A DNA stretch of 64,000 nt, from the NCBI GenBank assembly GCA_050613775.1, contig JBODTK010000010.1, forward strand, positions 1,116,001-1,180,000, read 5' to 3'. Made by a program: the position numbers and the translations under genes. The notes under the pieces are model-generated. The model had not been told where the DNA came from. It searched no databases and was given only the letters and a program-made list of their open reading frames with translations. Positions 1 to 12,287 of this stretch are shown in pieces (position 1 is the stretch's first letter; each line of letters starts with the position of its first letter). The stretch comes from Neocallimastix sp. 'constans'. Its lineage: Eukaryota.

Positions 1-33
1 TAATAAAAATAAATAATATAAAATTTAATATCC

Positions 34-65
<32 letters not shown>

Positions 66-193
66 TTAGTATTATCATTAACTTTACATACAGTGTTAGT
101 AAAGTTAATTATATGTAATGAATAAATCAATTAGTGAAAATTTTTTAATCTATAAATTGAAGTTAAAATTAAATATTTTAATTATAAAAAAAA

Positions 194-256
<63 letters not shown>

Positions 257-315
257 TATAATAATAATAATAATATATATATATTTTAAAATGAAAATTA
301 AAAAAAAAAAAAAAT

Positions 316-384
316 TGTTCCAATTTCTATTTTCAGTAGCTTTTCTTAAAGGGTTATTATCACGGGCATGCATGAATATTAAGT

Positions 385-427
<43 letters not shown>

Positions 428-480
428 TTCACCAGATATTTTAACAAATTCTAAATGACCTTGTTTAATAGACTTACATT
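316..480 (-). pseudogene. Decayed ankyrin-repeat gene fragment split by an expanded homopolymer
   Basis: Minus-strand pieces read SIKQGHLEFVK(YLVK) / poly-A / G-(frameshift)-NIHA-RDNNPLRKATEN, an ankyrin-type consensus (GHLExVKYLVxxGANIHAxDNxxLRxA); frameshifts present. Confidence 0.45.
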
Positions 481-624
481 AAAGTTTTAAATTCGTTGTT
501 ATTATTTGTATTAATTCTTGATCATTCTCTTATAAATGTTTTTGCTTAATTCAACTTTTTTTTTTTTTTTTTTTTTGAATTGGTGGTATCATACAATAAG
601 CGTAGAGATGGGTTTGTTCAACTA

Positions 625-655
<31 letters not shown>

Positions 656-827
656 GGTCTGATTAAGGGATCGTTTAAACTCTTATTCAGCTATCCAATG
701 TTCATCAGTATGTAAAATTTTTCCAACGTATTGCATAATTAAGTACTTGCTCTTTTGTGGGATTTGTTTCCTCAATTTATTTTAATTTCAGTTAATAGTA
801 AAAAATAAATTTTTTTTCTCCAGTACA

Positions 828-875
<48 letters not shown>

Positions 876-1109
876 CTAGGAATAAACTTTATTTAATAAT
901 ATTTTTTTTTTTTAAAAAAATACATGAAGTTTAAATACATGAAATTTTTTTTTTATATTAATATTAAAAAACTACGTTATGAGATTCGAGGACGAAAAGG
1001 CCTCTAACTCTTCCCATTCATCGAAGATAACTCCATGTGGATGAAAATTATCATTCGAATCTGTATCAGAATTTCTTCTTTGCCTTATCGTTACGACGTC
1101 GACGCTCTT

Positions 1110-1112
<3 letters not shown>

Positions 1113-1159
<47 letters not shown>

Positions 1160-4071
1160 CAGGGAAGAGAATACACTTCCAAAAACTTTATTAAATTTTA
1201 TTTTAAAAAATACATGTAGGTGAAAAGTACATTAGAAATTAAAAAATAAAAAATTAAAAAATAAAAAATAAAAAATAAAAAAGCTCGAAAATACTATGTA
1301 TTTCGGCAAGTTGTACTATGCGGGAATTTTACCCTTCCTATCAAATAAAAAAGAAATAAAATTTAGAAGTAACATCCTTAAAATAGATAGTGTGGTGTCC
1401 ACTAAACTCTCCCCGGATTCATCATTTATTGAGCTACTAGGGCGAGAATCACCCTTCGTAGTAATAGATGATAATCCTGTATTTTCATTATGCCTTATCA
1501 GTACGACGTCGACGCTCTTGGTTAAGTTTGATATTTTGCAATACCTATCAAATAATAGCTCAAACGAACTACTTATGATAGGTATTGCATTTGTTAAGAA
1601 TTCCGCCAAGCCCACAATTTTTGGAACAGGTGACTCAGATGAACCTTTGAAAAGTAGTTCATTTAAATGTCTCTGTTCCCCACTATCGAAATGTAGTTCA
1701 TTTAAAACTAAAGTCCCACCAAGAAGGAACAAGTATATATAATGATTGATATAATCTTCAAAATCAGAAATAGAGTCATAGGAAGAAAGAGGATTAAACG
1801 CTCTAATCTTCCTAAGGAATAAAACATAGAGATCATCGATGAAATTTAAAGAATTCCATCTAAAAGATGCAAGAGCATCGCATTTAAAAATCCAATGTTC
1901 AAAAGATTGATTACCTTCACCACAACAGGGGCAGGACTTTGGACAATCTTCTGAAACTCTACCCATTCTAATAGCAATAGTAGTATTGTATTTATAACCA
2001 CAGCGTAAACGTATAATCCACGAAAATCCTAAGTTGAATTGGGGATATTTTAAGCTAAGCATTATTATAGCTTTATTGTTTGAGAACTTGTTACTATCGT
2101 AGTTTTGACCTTTAATACCTTGAAATCTGGAAACTGATTTCCAGTAACGTTCTATAATATCGTCATATTTTACACATTTATATTTTTTGATTTTTTTATA
2201 TAGTGTTCTAGATTCTTTAGTCCAGGAATAATAAGGCATTTTGGGAATAGATTTAATAAGATCCCTTATGATACAGTTTGATTTACTCCATTTTGCAAAT
2301 GATTTAATCTGTAAGGCTGCGCAGATACCAGCAATAGGAGGGATGCTTAGATCTCGAGATAAAGCATAAGTACTCATTGTTGAATTATGTCTAATATAGT
2401 CATTGTTTTCTGTATTTGTTTTACCATTTTTAGAGAAGGAACCGATACACCAAAATAGACCAGTATTAATTAATGTTTGAATTCTAGCCGTTCTAGATTT
2501 GTTTGAACCAAGTAAAGGAGAATAATAAATTACTTTACTAATAACAAAGGATTGAAGAACTTTTTTCTTGTATACAATAGGAATAAGTTTATTTGAAAAG
2601 AAACGTGTAAATGAAAGAAGGGATTTTCTAACTTTAAAATGCATGTGAGATATAATGTGTTCTAGTAGGAGATCATCTGAAAAAGGAATACCAAGATAGA
2701 CATAACTAGAAACTTTAGGAATATCATTCTTTCCTAAATAGAAGGTTGGATCACTATAGTTTGGAGGAGGTTGGAAGTTCATTGGTTTTATAACCATAGT
2801 TGCACACTTTTCAATACCAAAAGTCATTTCATTTAAATTAGCCCATTTATGTACCTTTTTTAATAATTTTTCTAAATTTTTTGCACTTGGAGCAATGAGA
2901 ACAACATCATCAGCAAAGAGTCCACCACAACACTTTTTTCTTCCAACATTAACACCATACTTTTCACAGTCATTTAGTATATCATTGATGAATAAATTGA
3001 ATAAGATTGGAGATAAAGGACAACCTTGACGAACACCTCTTTTAATAGGAAATTCATTTGATAACATTGAAGCAAATCGAGCACGTGCTTTAGATGAAGT
3101 ATATAAATTACAAAGAAAATCAAAACATTTACCGCGTACTCCATAGTGATATAATTTAGTAAGAATGTTAAAAATAGGAACTGAATCATAAGCTTTTTTA
3201 AGATCTAAAAAAGCTAAATATGTGAATTTTCCTTGGAATTTTCTTCTTTGACAAATTTCTCTAACGGAAATGAATAAACTAATGCATTCTTCGCGGTTGC
3301 GAAATCCAAATTGTTCAGGTCTAATGAAATTGTGTGAGAGTGCGTAAGTAGATATTCTATCTGTTATAATTTTTGAAATGATTTTTAGTCCAACGTTAAT
3401 GAGAGAAATACCTCGATAATTACTACAATCTGATAGGTCACCCTTCTTAGGAATTGATACAATAGAAGCTGAGTTCCATTTTTTAGGAAATGACCCATTC
3501 CATATTTTATTAAATATCAATTTTAGACACTTTCCAGCAGCAGGATGTGATTCTAGTAATTCTTCGTTACAAAAAAGAGCTTTGTAGAATTCAATCGGAA
3601 TACCATCGGGGCCGGGTGCTTTGTTATTTTTCATCGATGAAATAGTTTTTTTAATATCTTCAATCGTAATAGGACCATTTATATTCCAGGTAGTGGATCT
3701 AAGACTAATATTCCTTAAAGCATGATTCCAGTAATTACGATTAAGGCTGTGACCTGAGGGATCCGAAGCAAGATCTTTATAATATTCAGCCCATCTATCT
3801 AATTGTTTTGAAGGAGAGATAATATCTTGACCAAACTTAGATTTAATGCAAGTAAGGGAGGTAGATGAATATGATGGTTTAGCCATTTTCTTTAAACATC
3901 TCCAACCATTTTTGAAATCTTTATTCAAAAAATAATTACCTATTTTTACTATATTAGCCTTAAATCTAGCAGAACGAAATTTACTCTTAGTTTTCTTGAT
4001 TAATTTGCAAAGTTTTTCATATTTATTAAATTGTTCAAGGTAATTATCAACATTTTCACAATTAAAGTAAG
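1113..4071 (-). mobile_element. LINE B: 5'-truncated non-LTR retrotransposon with intact RT frame
   Basis: Poly(T) tail from 1113 to ~1156; 15-bp TSD GTCGACGCTCTTGAC at 1098-1112 and 4072-4086; contains the RT ORF. Confidence 0.92.
1316..4069 (-). CDS. LINE ORF2 fragment: reverse transcriptase + C-terminal CCHC zinc knuckle (no endonuclease domain seen; 5'-truncated)
   Basis: Motifs KAPGPDGI, NYRGISL, QFGFR, FLDLKKAYDSV, GVRQGCPLSP, LFADD, YLGI, CPCC..EHWIFKC; frame stays open upstream of 3928 to the truncation point (~4069, YFNCENVD...). Confidence 0.93.
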   Translation of the reverse strand, partial: YFNCENVDNYLEQFNKYEKLCKLIKKTKSKFRSARFKANIVKIGNYFLNKDFKNGWRCLKKMAKPSYSSTSLTCIKSKFGQDIISPSKQLDRWAEYYKDLASDPSGHSLNRNYWNHALRNISLRSTTWNINGPITIEDIKKTISSMKNNKAPGPDGIPIEFYKALFCNEELLESHPAAGKCLKLIFNKIWNGSFPKKWNSASIVSIPKKGDLSDCSNYRGISLINVGLKIISKIITDRISTYALSHNFIRPEQFGFRNREECISLFISVREICQRRKFQGKFTYLAFLDLKKAYDSVPIFNILTKLYHYGVRGKCFDFLCNLYTSSKARARFASMLSNEFPIKRGVRQGCPLSPILFNLFINDILNDCEKYGVNVGRKKCCGGLFADDVVLIAPSAKNLEKLLKKVHKWANLNEMTFGIEKCATMVIKPMNFQPPPNYSDPTFYLGKNDIPKVSSYVYLGIPFSDDLLLEHIISHMHFKVRKSLLSFTRFFSNKLIPIVYKKKVLQSFVISKVIYYSPLLGSNKSRTARIQTLINTGLFWCIGSFSKNGKTNTENNDYIRHNSTMSTYALSRDLSIPPIAGICAALQIKSFAKWSKSNCIIRDLIKSIPKMPYYSWTKESRTLYKKIKKYKCVKYDDIIERYWKSVSRFQGIKGQNYDSNKFSNNKAIIMLSLKYPQFNLGFSWIIRLRCGYKYNTTIAIRMGRVSEDCPKSCPCCGEGNQSFEHWIFKCDALASFRWNSLNFIDDLYVLFLRKIRAFNPLSSYDSISDFEDYINHYIYLFLLGGTLVLNELHFDSGEQRHLNELLFKGSSESPVPKIVGLAEFLTNAIPIISSSFELLFDRYCKISNLTKSVDVVLIRHNENTGLSSITTKGDSRPSSSINDESGESLVDTTLSILRMLLLNFISFLFDRKGKIPA

Positions 4072-4516
4072 GTCGACGCTCTTGACAACGGTAGGTCTAA
4101 CACTATACAAATCGATCATGGTGTAAAAATCACCAATCACAATAGGCATAACGTTAGTAAGGAATTCCGCAAGCCCCACAAAATATGAAATCGGGAAAGA
4201 AGACTCGTTCGAAGGTGATTGAAAAATATTATTAATATATCGCCTTCTTTCCCCCGAGCCGATCTTTAAGATTTCAAATACTGCATTTCCGCCAAGAAGG
4301 AGACACAGCACGTAAAAATTGATATTATCATCAAAATCTTCCTCTTTATCATCAGGAATGTTCAATGATTTCTCATGAACAATAAGAGAAAAATTAATAA
4401 AAATTTCATCAACAAAGGGAATGAAATGTTGCCTAAATTCTTCAAATTTTGGACATAAAAGTATCCAGTGTGTAAAACTAGGTCCAGTACACAATAAATG
4501 ACAAAAAAAAAAAAAA

Positions 4517-4577
<61 letters not shown>

Positions 4578-5245
4578 AATATAAAGACATATAAGTAAAT
4601 AGAAAATAAATATATATAAATATTTTTTTTAAATCAATACACCTTTAAAAATATTAATTTCACTTCATTATTTTTTAAATTATATTCAAAGTGTTTTTTT
4701 TTTTTTTTTTAAAATATAATTTATAATTTATTCAATTTTAAATTACTTTTATTACTAAAAAAAAAAAAAAAAAAAAAAAAAGTTTACATTGCATAAAGAG
4801 TAAAAACTATTTATTATTTCATTTAACCAAAATGAAAAATGTATATACAAAAGTTTTACACTTTTTTTTTTTTTTTTTTTTTTTTTATATGTATATATAT
4901 ATTATTTTATTTCTTAAATAATATATTTTTATACATTTTATTGTTTTGAGAGTAAGTAATTGTTTTTATATTTATATAAAAAGTTTTTATTAATAATATT
5001 ATTTAGTATAATAAAGGGAATAAAATAATAGTTGAATGAATTTATATTGAGAAAATTTTAATTTTAAAATAATTTTATAAAGTAAATTATTTATTATTGC
5101 TAATAATATAATATATATATTAATAAAATGTATAATAGATTTTTGGTTAAATTATAATAAAATATGTTGTAAATATAGATATTGTTTTTATTTCCTTTCC
5201 TTTCTTTTCTTTTCCTCTTTTCCTTTTATTTAAAAAAAGAATTAG

Positions 5246-5276
<31 letters not shown>

Positions 5277-5527
5277 AGGATAATAATATTATTATCCACA
5301 TTAATATTTCATATTTAAAATATATATATATATAATTATTTATATTATTTTCTCTCTTATATATGTTTTGATTTATATATATATATATATATATAGATAT
5401 AGTTTTTTTTTTTGTTATTATTAATAATATTATATATATTTAATTATGTATTTAATTATGTATATATATATGTGATTTTTTCTTCTTTTTTTTTAATGAT
5501 CAATGTTTTTCCATGCAATTAAAATTT

Positions 5528-6199
5528 TTATTTACATTTACCAAAGGCTTTTTGGCAACCAGCTTTACAGTGCTTATCGGAAGTACCACACCAACCATAT
5601 TTACTACAGCATTCACCAGATGGACATTTACCATCTTCAGTACCACATTTACCATTTTTAGAAATTTTTTCAGCTGTTTTACAGGTTCCATATTTAGCTT
5701 GACAGCCACTGTCAACATTACAGTGCTTATAGGAAGAACCACACCAACCATATTTACTACAGCATTCACCAGATGGACATTTACCATCTTCAGCACCACA
5801 TCTTCCATTAGTAGAAATTTTTTCAGTTGTTTTACAGGTTCCATATTTAGCTTGGCAGCCACTGTCAACTTTACAGTGCTTATCCGAAGAACCACACCAA
5901 CCATATTTACTACAGCATTCACCAGAAGGACATTTACCATCTTTAGCACCACATTTACCATTAGTAGAAATTTTATCACTTGATGGGGTATTGTCACTAC
6001 AAGGTTTAATTTCATATTCTTCTTTTTCTAAACATTTCATATCTTTTGGTTTGCATATATCGTAATTTTTATCATAGTAACACTCTTCAAGTTTATCATT
6101 AGTTAAAGTCTTTCCTCTAATTTTTTCATTACCTGCTATGGAACTTTTTTTTTATTGTCATTGATATATTAAAAAAAAAATAAATAAATAATAAAATAA

Positions 6200-6248
<49 letters not shown>

Positions 6249-8374
6249 ATAAATATAATAAAAATATTTAATAATAATAATAATTAACATAAATTTAAAA
6301 AATTAAAATAATACTATATAATATATATATATTATATATATAAAAATTATCTTTAAATACTTACAAGACTTTAAGATTTGGAAGACTATTTAAACTTTCA
6401 GGAATTTCATCGTCAATTAAATTACCAGCCATATAACTATATATAAAATAAGGTAAAAGTGATTAATATTTAAAATAAAATAATTAAAAAAATAAAATAA
6501 AATAAAATAAAATAAAGTAAATTTTAAATTTTATTTTATCATTTATAAATTTAATTATAAAATAATTATATATGCTTATATATTATTATATTTAATAATT
6601 ACAGCTTTTCAAGATTTTTAAGATTTTCTAAACCTTTTGGGATCTTTGTAAGTAAATTATTTGAGAGAACTCTATAAAGTTAATCAATAATTAGCAATTA
6701 TATATAACAATACTTTATTAATATATATATATTATACTTTTATCAAATAAATATTTACAAAATTTTAAGATTTTTAAGTTTTCCAATTTCTGATGAAACT
6801 TCAGTAACTTGGTTATTTGCAATACGACTGTTTCAATTTTTTTTTAAAACAAAAAAAAAACATTAATATTAATAATATAATATTAAATGTTAGAAATAAT
6901 GATAATAAATATATAGATAAATAAAAAAAAATAATAATTATAATTTATTTATTTACAAATAAATGATAATTTTTATAAAATAAAACGAATAAGTGTATAT
7001 ATTTACAATTCAATTAGATTTTGAAGATTCTTTATTCCCTTTGGAATACTTGTGATACCAGCGGAACCAGCATTACTACATATATATATATATTAAAAAA
7101 AAATAATAAATAAATAAAATATATTAGGAGCATCCTACAAATATAAAATAATTCTGAAAAAATTATTAAATGTTAAAGTACATACAAAATTTCAAGACTA
7201 GTTATATTAAATATTACTTCAGGAATTTTCTTAAAATTATTTTCTCTCATATCACTAAATAATTTAGATATATAAATGTTAACATTATTAATTCATTTAT
7301 TTACATTATTAAAAATAACTTTTTCAAAAATATAAAATTAATATTTTACAGCTTCTTAAGTTTCTTAAGTTTTGAAAGACTTTTTGGTAAATCAAGAAGA
7401 TAATTATCTCCAATATCACTAAATATATATATATATATATGGAAAATGTTATCAATCATTTATATAAATATATACATACTTTTCTATCTTTCTTTTTTTT
7501 TTTTTTTTTTTTTTTTAAATATATATATATATATATCTTTCTTTTTTTATTTTTAAATATATTTTTCTTATTTTTTTTAATATATATGTATATATATTTA
7601 CAGATATTCAAGGTTTTCTAATTCTCCTAATTCATCTGGAAATTCGGTGATATTATTATTTGCATCAAAACTTCTGTAAATTCGAAAATTAAATAAATTT
7701 TAAATACGATATTAATAATTTTATTAAAATAATAATATTTCATTATATAATATTTAATAATAGAGATCATGATTTTTACATTTTCTTTAAGTTTTTAAGT
7801 TTTCCTATTCCCTCAAGATTAGAAGGAGAAGAAACACCAGCAAGTGTACTATTTTTTTTAATAAAAAATTTAAAAATAGATTAATATTTTAAAAATAATA
7901 ATATAATATTAAAATAAAATAAAAATATAAAAATTTAATACAATAAAAAAAATTATATATATATTATATTATAACTATATTTACAGATCTTCAAGGTTCT
8001 TAAGTTTTTCAATACCTTTAACATTATCTACAACTCTAAATGTACTATTAAAAATATAAAAAAAATAAAATTAAAAATATTAAAAAAAAAAAAAATAAAT
8101 AAAGAAAGATAAAATTAATATACTATCTAAAAATTAATATTATTATTCATAATAACTGTTACAATTTATATTAATACTTTAAATATTTTATTTTGTTTTG
8201 TCTTTAACAATGAAAACAATAAAATTAGTTTAATAATAATAAAAATAATACAATATTTGATACTTACAGAACTTTAATTGATTCAATAGAGAATAAATAT
8301 TCAATTTCTGACTTATCCAAATCATGATGAGTTTGTCTATTAAATTATATCAAAAATGGTGTTAATCATTATTA

Positions 8375-8456
<82 letters not shown>

Positions 8457-8613
8457 TCATTATATTTTACAATTCAATGAAATCTCCATTAGTAACACAT
8501 TCTTCAATCTTATTTTTCAATTTTTTTTCAATTTCTTTACAGCCGTCTGCTTGAGCAAAAGCTGCAATTGACAATAAACCAATTGTGATCTTGAATAAGT
8601 TCTTGAATAACAT
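5528..8613 (-). CDS. Secreted leucine-rich-repeat protein with three C-terminal CBM18 (hevein-like chitin-binding) domains, 12 exons, ~481 aa
   Basis: Exons (minus): 8471-8613, 8268-8336, 7985-8044, 7780-7848, 7602-7673, 7350-7418, 7186-7254, 7007-7075, 6759-6827, 6603-6671, 6365-6436, 5528-6143; all GT-AG, total 1446 nt in frame. Signal peptide MLFKNLFKITIGLLSIAAFAQA; LRR units such as LVLSNNLLTKIPKGLENLKNLEK; three CGxxDGKCPSGECCSKYGWCG repeats. Confidence 0.9.
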
Positions 8614-9350
8614 TTCAGTATTTCCTTTATTGTTTTCCTTTTTGTACTTCCTTTTTGTATTCCCTTTTAATAACTAAATATTCTTTACAAAACTTTTTAT
8701 TTTTATTTTTATTTTATTACCTTAATAAAGGGAATAAAAAAGAAATTCCATCGATTTATATAGAAAAATTAAATAAAAACGAGAAATAAAATTTTATCAT
8801 GACATATCAAATTATTATGTATTGTATCATATATTTTTTATATTATTTTTTCTATTATTTATATATTACTCATATATTCTATATATTATTTTATTTAAAT
8901 GTTAAAATGTGACTTTATTTTTTTTATTAAAAATATGATTTTTTTTTTTTTATTTTATCTGTTAATATTATTCTCTTTATTAAATATGTATTATATTATA
9001 TTCAATAAATCTATTATAATATTTCATTTTTTTAAAATTAAAATTTAATATAGGACAATAGTATTGATAAAACGAATCATCTTTTTGTATAGAAAGAATT
9101 TCTTTTATTATTTCATACAATAATATATATATTAAACAGAATAAAAAAAAAAAAGAAAAAAGATTTTTTACACTATATTACAGAATAATCATGACATTTT
9201 ATATTATTTTATATTATGGTGTATATTATAGTATATTTGTATTTTAAATTTTTTAAATTTATTAATTAAATTTTAATTTAAAAGCCAAAAAAAAAAAAAA
9301 ATTTTTTTTCATTATAAATTTAAATATATTTATTCTATTTACTAAATTTA

Positions 9351-9428
9351 TATTATATTATATTATATTATATTATATTATATTATATTATATTATATTA
9401 TATTATATTATATTATATTACATTATAT
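9351..9428. repeat. (TATTA)n microsatellite
   Basis: Direct reading. Confidence 0.9.
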
Positions 9429-10013
9429 ACTCTTAACATTAAAAGTTTTATTTAAATATTCACTTTTATAAATTGTTCATAGAGATATTTCACTTTTTTT
9501 TCGTAAGAATATCATTATAAGCAATGTGTCATTACACTCCAAATAAAAAACATAGTTCGTTATTTTTATATTTAAATAATACTTTTATGAATGGTTAAAT
9601 AACTATAATATAATAAGATAGTGTGAAGACAGGACTCCTTTTACTATATTCATTAGTTTACCTCTACTATTTCTTTATTTCTTATTAGTGTTATATTATG
9701 TCCATACTTTTTTTTTATTATTTCTTTTAAAATTCAATTCTAAATTTTAACTGGTAAAAAGAGTTTTAATTAATTTTTTTATTTTTATTTCTCTTTACTA
9801 TTTTTTATAGTAAATGAATTAAAAACGGGTTAAAAAAAAATAAGGAAAATACATAAAAAAATTTTTATTATTTGACTATATCCACTACTATTATAATAAT
9901 TCATAAAAACATTTTCTGAACAATGCATGCAACTATCATTTATATATAGCATTATTAATTTGTTTTGTTTTACATTTAAAAATAATTAAAAACGAAAAAA
10001 GTAAAAGTTTATA

Positions 10014-10014
<1 letters not shown>

Positions 10015-10086
<72 letters not shown>

Positions 10087-10102
10087 TAATAATAATAATA
10101 AT

Positions 10103-10185
<83 letters not shown>

Positions 10186-10198
10186 TAATAATAATAAT
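10015..10198. repeat. (AAT)n microsatellite
   Basis: Direct reading. Confidence 0.9.
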
Positions 10199-10361
10199 TC
10201 AAACTTTGAATTTTTTTTTATTATTATTTTTTAATATAATATATAAATAAATAAACAAATAAATAAATAAATAAAAATCAATTAAAAAGAAAATTCGGAA
10301 TTATTCAACTTGTAATTCTTCTATCATTTTTAGGATGATTTGGATTGATAGAAGCGGAACT

Positions 10362-10417
<56 letters not shown>

Positions 10418-10548
10418 AATTCCATTCATAATTTATATACAAATTTTACAATTTTCAATGGACGAAAGAATTTCTTTTGGCAAGGAAAGATATTTCTTTA
10501 TTTTTATTTTTATTAATACTTTAATCTTTTTTATTACTTCACTATTAA

Positions 10549-11759
10549 TTTTATTTTATTTTATTTTATTTTATTTTATTTTATTTTATTTTATTTTATT
10601 TTATTTTATTTTATTCAATCTGTACTTTATATTTATATTTCAACTATTTATTTATTTTATTTTATTTTATTTTATTTTATTTTATTTTATTTTATTTTAT
10701 TTTATTCAATCTGTACTTTCATTATTTAATATTCTACTATTTATTTTATTTTATTTTATTTTATTTTATTTTATTTTATTTTATTTTATTTTATTTTATT
10801 TTATTTTATTTTATTTTATTTTATTTTATTTTATTTTATTTTATTTTATTTTATTTTATTTTATTTTATTTTATTTTATTTTATTTTATTTTATTTTATT
10901 CAATCTGTACTTTATATTTATATTTCAACTATTTATTTATTTTATTTTATTTTATTTTATTTTATTTTATTTTATTTTATTTTATTTTATTTTATTTTAT
11001 TTTATTTTATTCAATCTGTACTTATATTTATATTCTACTATTTATTTTATTTTATTTTATTTTATTTTATTTTATTTTATTCAATCTGTACTTATATTTA
11101 TATTCTACTATTTATTTTATTTTATTTTATTTTATTTTATTTTATTTTATTTTATTTTATTTTATTTTATTTTATTTTATTTTATTTTATTCAATCTGTA
11201 CTTATATTTATATTCTACTATTTATTTTATTTTATTTTATTTTATTCAATCTGTACTTATATTTATATTCTACTATTTATTTTATTTTATTTTATTTTAT
11301 TTTATTTTATTTTATTTTATTTTATTTTATTCAATCTGTACTTATATTTATATTCTACTATTTATTTTATTTTATTTTATTTTATTTTATTTTATTTTAT
11401 TTTATTTTATTTTATTTTATTTTATTCAATCTGTACTTTATATTTATATTTCAACTATTTATTTATTTTATTTTATTTTATTTTATTTTATTTTATTTTA
11501 TTTTATTCAATCTGTACTTTATATTTATATTTCAACTATTTATTTATTTTATTTTATTTTATTTTATTTTATTTTATTTTATTTTATTTTATTTTATTTT
11601 ATTTTATTTTATTTTATTCAATCTGTACTTCATATTTATATTTCAACTATTTATTTATTTTATTTTATTTTATTTTATTTTATTTTATTTTATTTTATTT
11701 TATTCAATCTGTACTTCATATTTATATTTCAACTATTTATTTATTTTATTTTATTTTAT
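10549..11759. repeat. Compound satellite: (TTTTA)n runs punctuated by 12 copies of a ~30-bp CAATCTGTACTT... unit
   Basis: TCAATCTGTACTT at ~10615, 10706, 10900, 11011, 11081, 11191, 11246, 11331, 11426, 11507, 11618, 11705. Confidence 0.9.
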
Positions 11760-11924
11760 GTAATGATATTAGTTTAGATAAATTATATACTGTTTGAAAA
11801 TTAGGTAGTTCACGTAATAATATAGTTAATAAATATAATAATAAATTAAATAAAGATGATGATGATGATGCAAACTATATTATAACAAAACAAAAAATGT
11901 TTTAAAAAATTTGTGCAATATTTG

Positions 11925-12179
11925 TAATAAATTATGAAAAATAAATTTTAAACTTTTTCTTTTTTTGAAAAGGAGTAACACACACACACACACAAACAAA
12001 AAAAAAAAAAAAAATACGATCCTAACATTGAAAAAAAAGAACTTTAATGAAAATCCATATTTATAATTGACAAACAATATCTTATTTCAAAAAAAAAAAA
12101 ATCAACCAAAGCGAATTTAGACAATATTACGATCATTAAATCATAATATATATATACATTTTATTTATTAATACTATCG

Positions 12180-12211
<32 letters not shown>

Positions 12212-12287
12212 TGTGTATGTGTGTGTGTCACTCCTTTTCAAAAAAGAAAAAGTTTAAAATTTATTTTTATTTTTCATAATTTATTAA
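11925..12287. mobile_element. MITE-like foldback with ~80-100 bp imperfect inverted arms
   Basis: AAATTATGAAAA...TTTTGAAAAGGAGTAACACACAC (11930-12000) is mirrored by GTGTGTGTCACTCCTTTTCAAAA...TTTTCATAATTT (12210-12285). Confidence 0.6.

Larger units (their letters stand above)
832..4482 (-). mobile_element. LINE A: 5'-truncated non-LTR retrotransposon 3' end (832-1112 + 4087-4482), interrupted by LINE B
   Basis: Poly(T) 832-872 is the poly(A) tail; TSD TCCAGTACACAA(T) at ~819-831 and ~4483-4495; removing LINE B rejoins an open frame PSFTHWILLC...LLLGG...VGLAEFLTN...VVKSVD|VVTIRQ...IFDEWEELEAFSSSNLIT*, homologous to the LINE B C-terminus. Confidence 0.85.

Noticed and set aside
656..770. Merlin/IS1595-like transposase fragment (GKILHTDEHW)
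   Set aside because: Too short, followed by a stop, and without TIRs or other supporting motifs
1316..1950. Restriction-like endonuclease domain after the LINE zinc knuckle
   Set aside because: No convincing PD-(D/E)xK motif; an N-terminal endonuclease lost by truncation is more likely
4000..4590. 196-aa ORF as an independent gene
   Set aside because: Chimeric: homopolymer flank + LINE A fragment + out-of-frame run into LINE B
1296..6015. Antisense or alternate-frame ORFs (1296-1742, 2974-3189, 5500-6015, 5513-5983); likewise the short ORFs overlapping the lipase, Copia, scaffoldin and ankyrin genes
   Set aside because: Shadows of real coding sequence with no motifs of their own
10549..11759. 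CRISPR-like repeat-spacer appearance
   Set aside because: The spacers are only TTTTA runs rather than unique sequences; eukaryotic context; no cas genes
10335..11777. 480-aa FILFY-repeat ORF and similar ORFs (19710, 32769, 35625, 35635, 36191, 43744, 182, 8356)
   Set aside because: Translations of microsatellites that lack stop codons in one frame; no protein-like complexity
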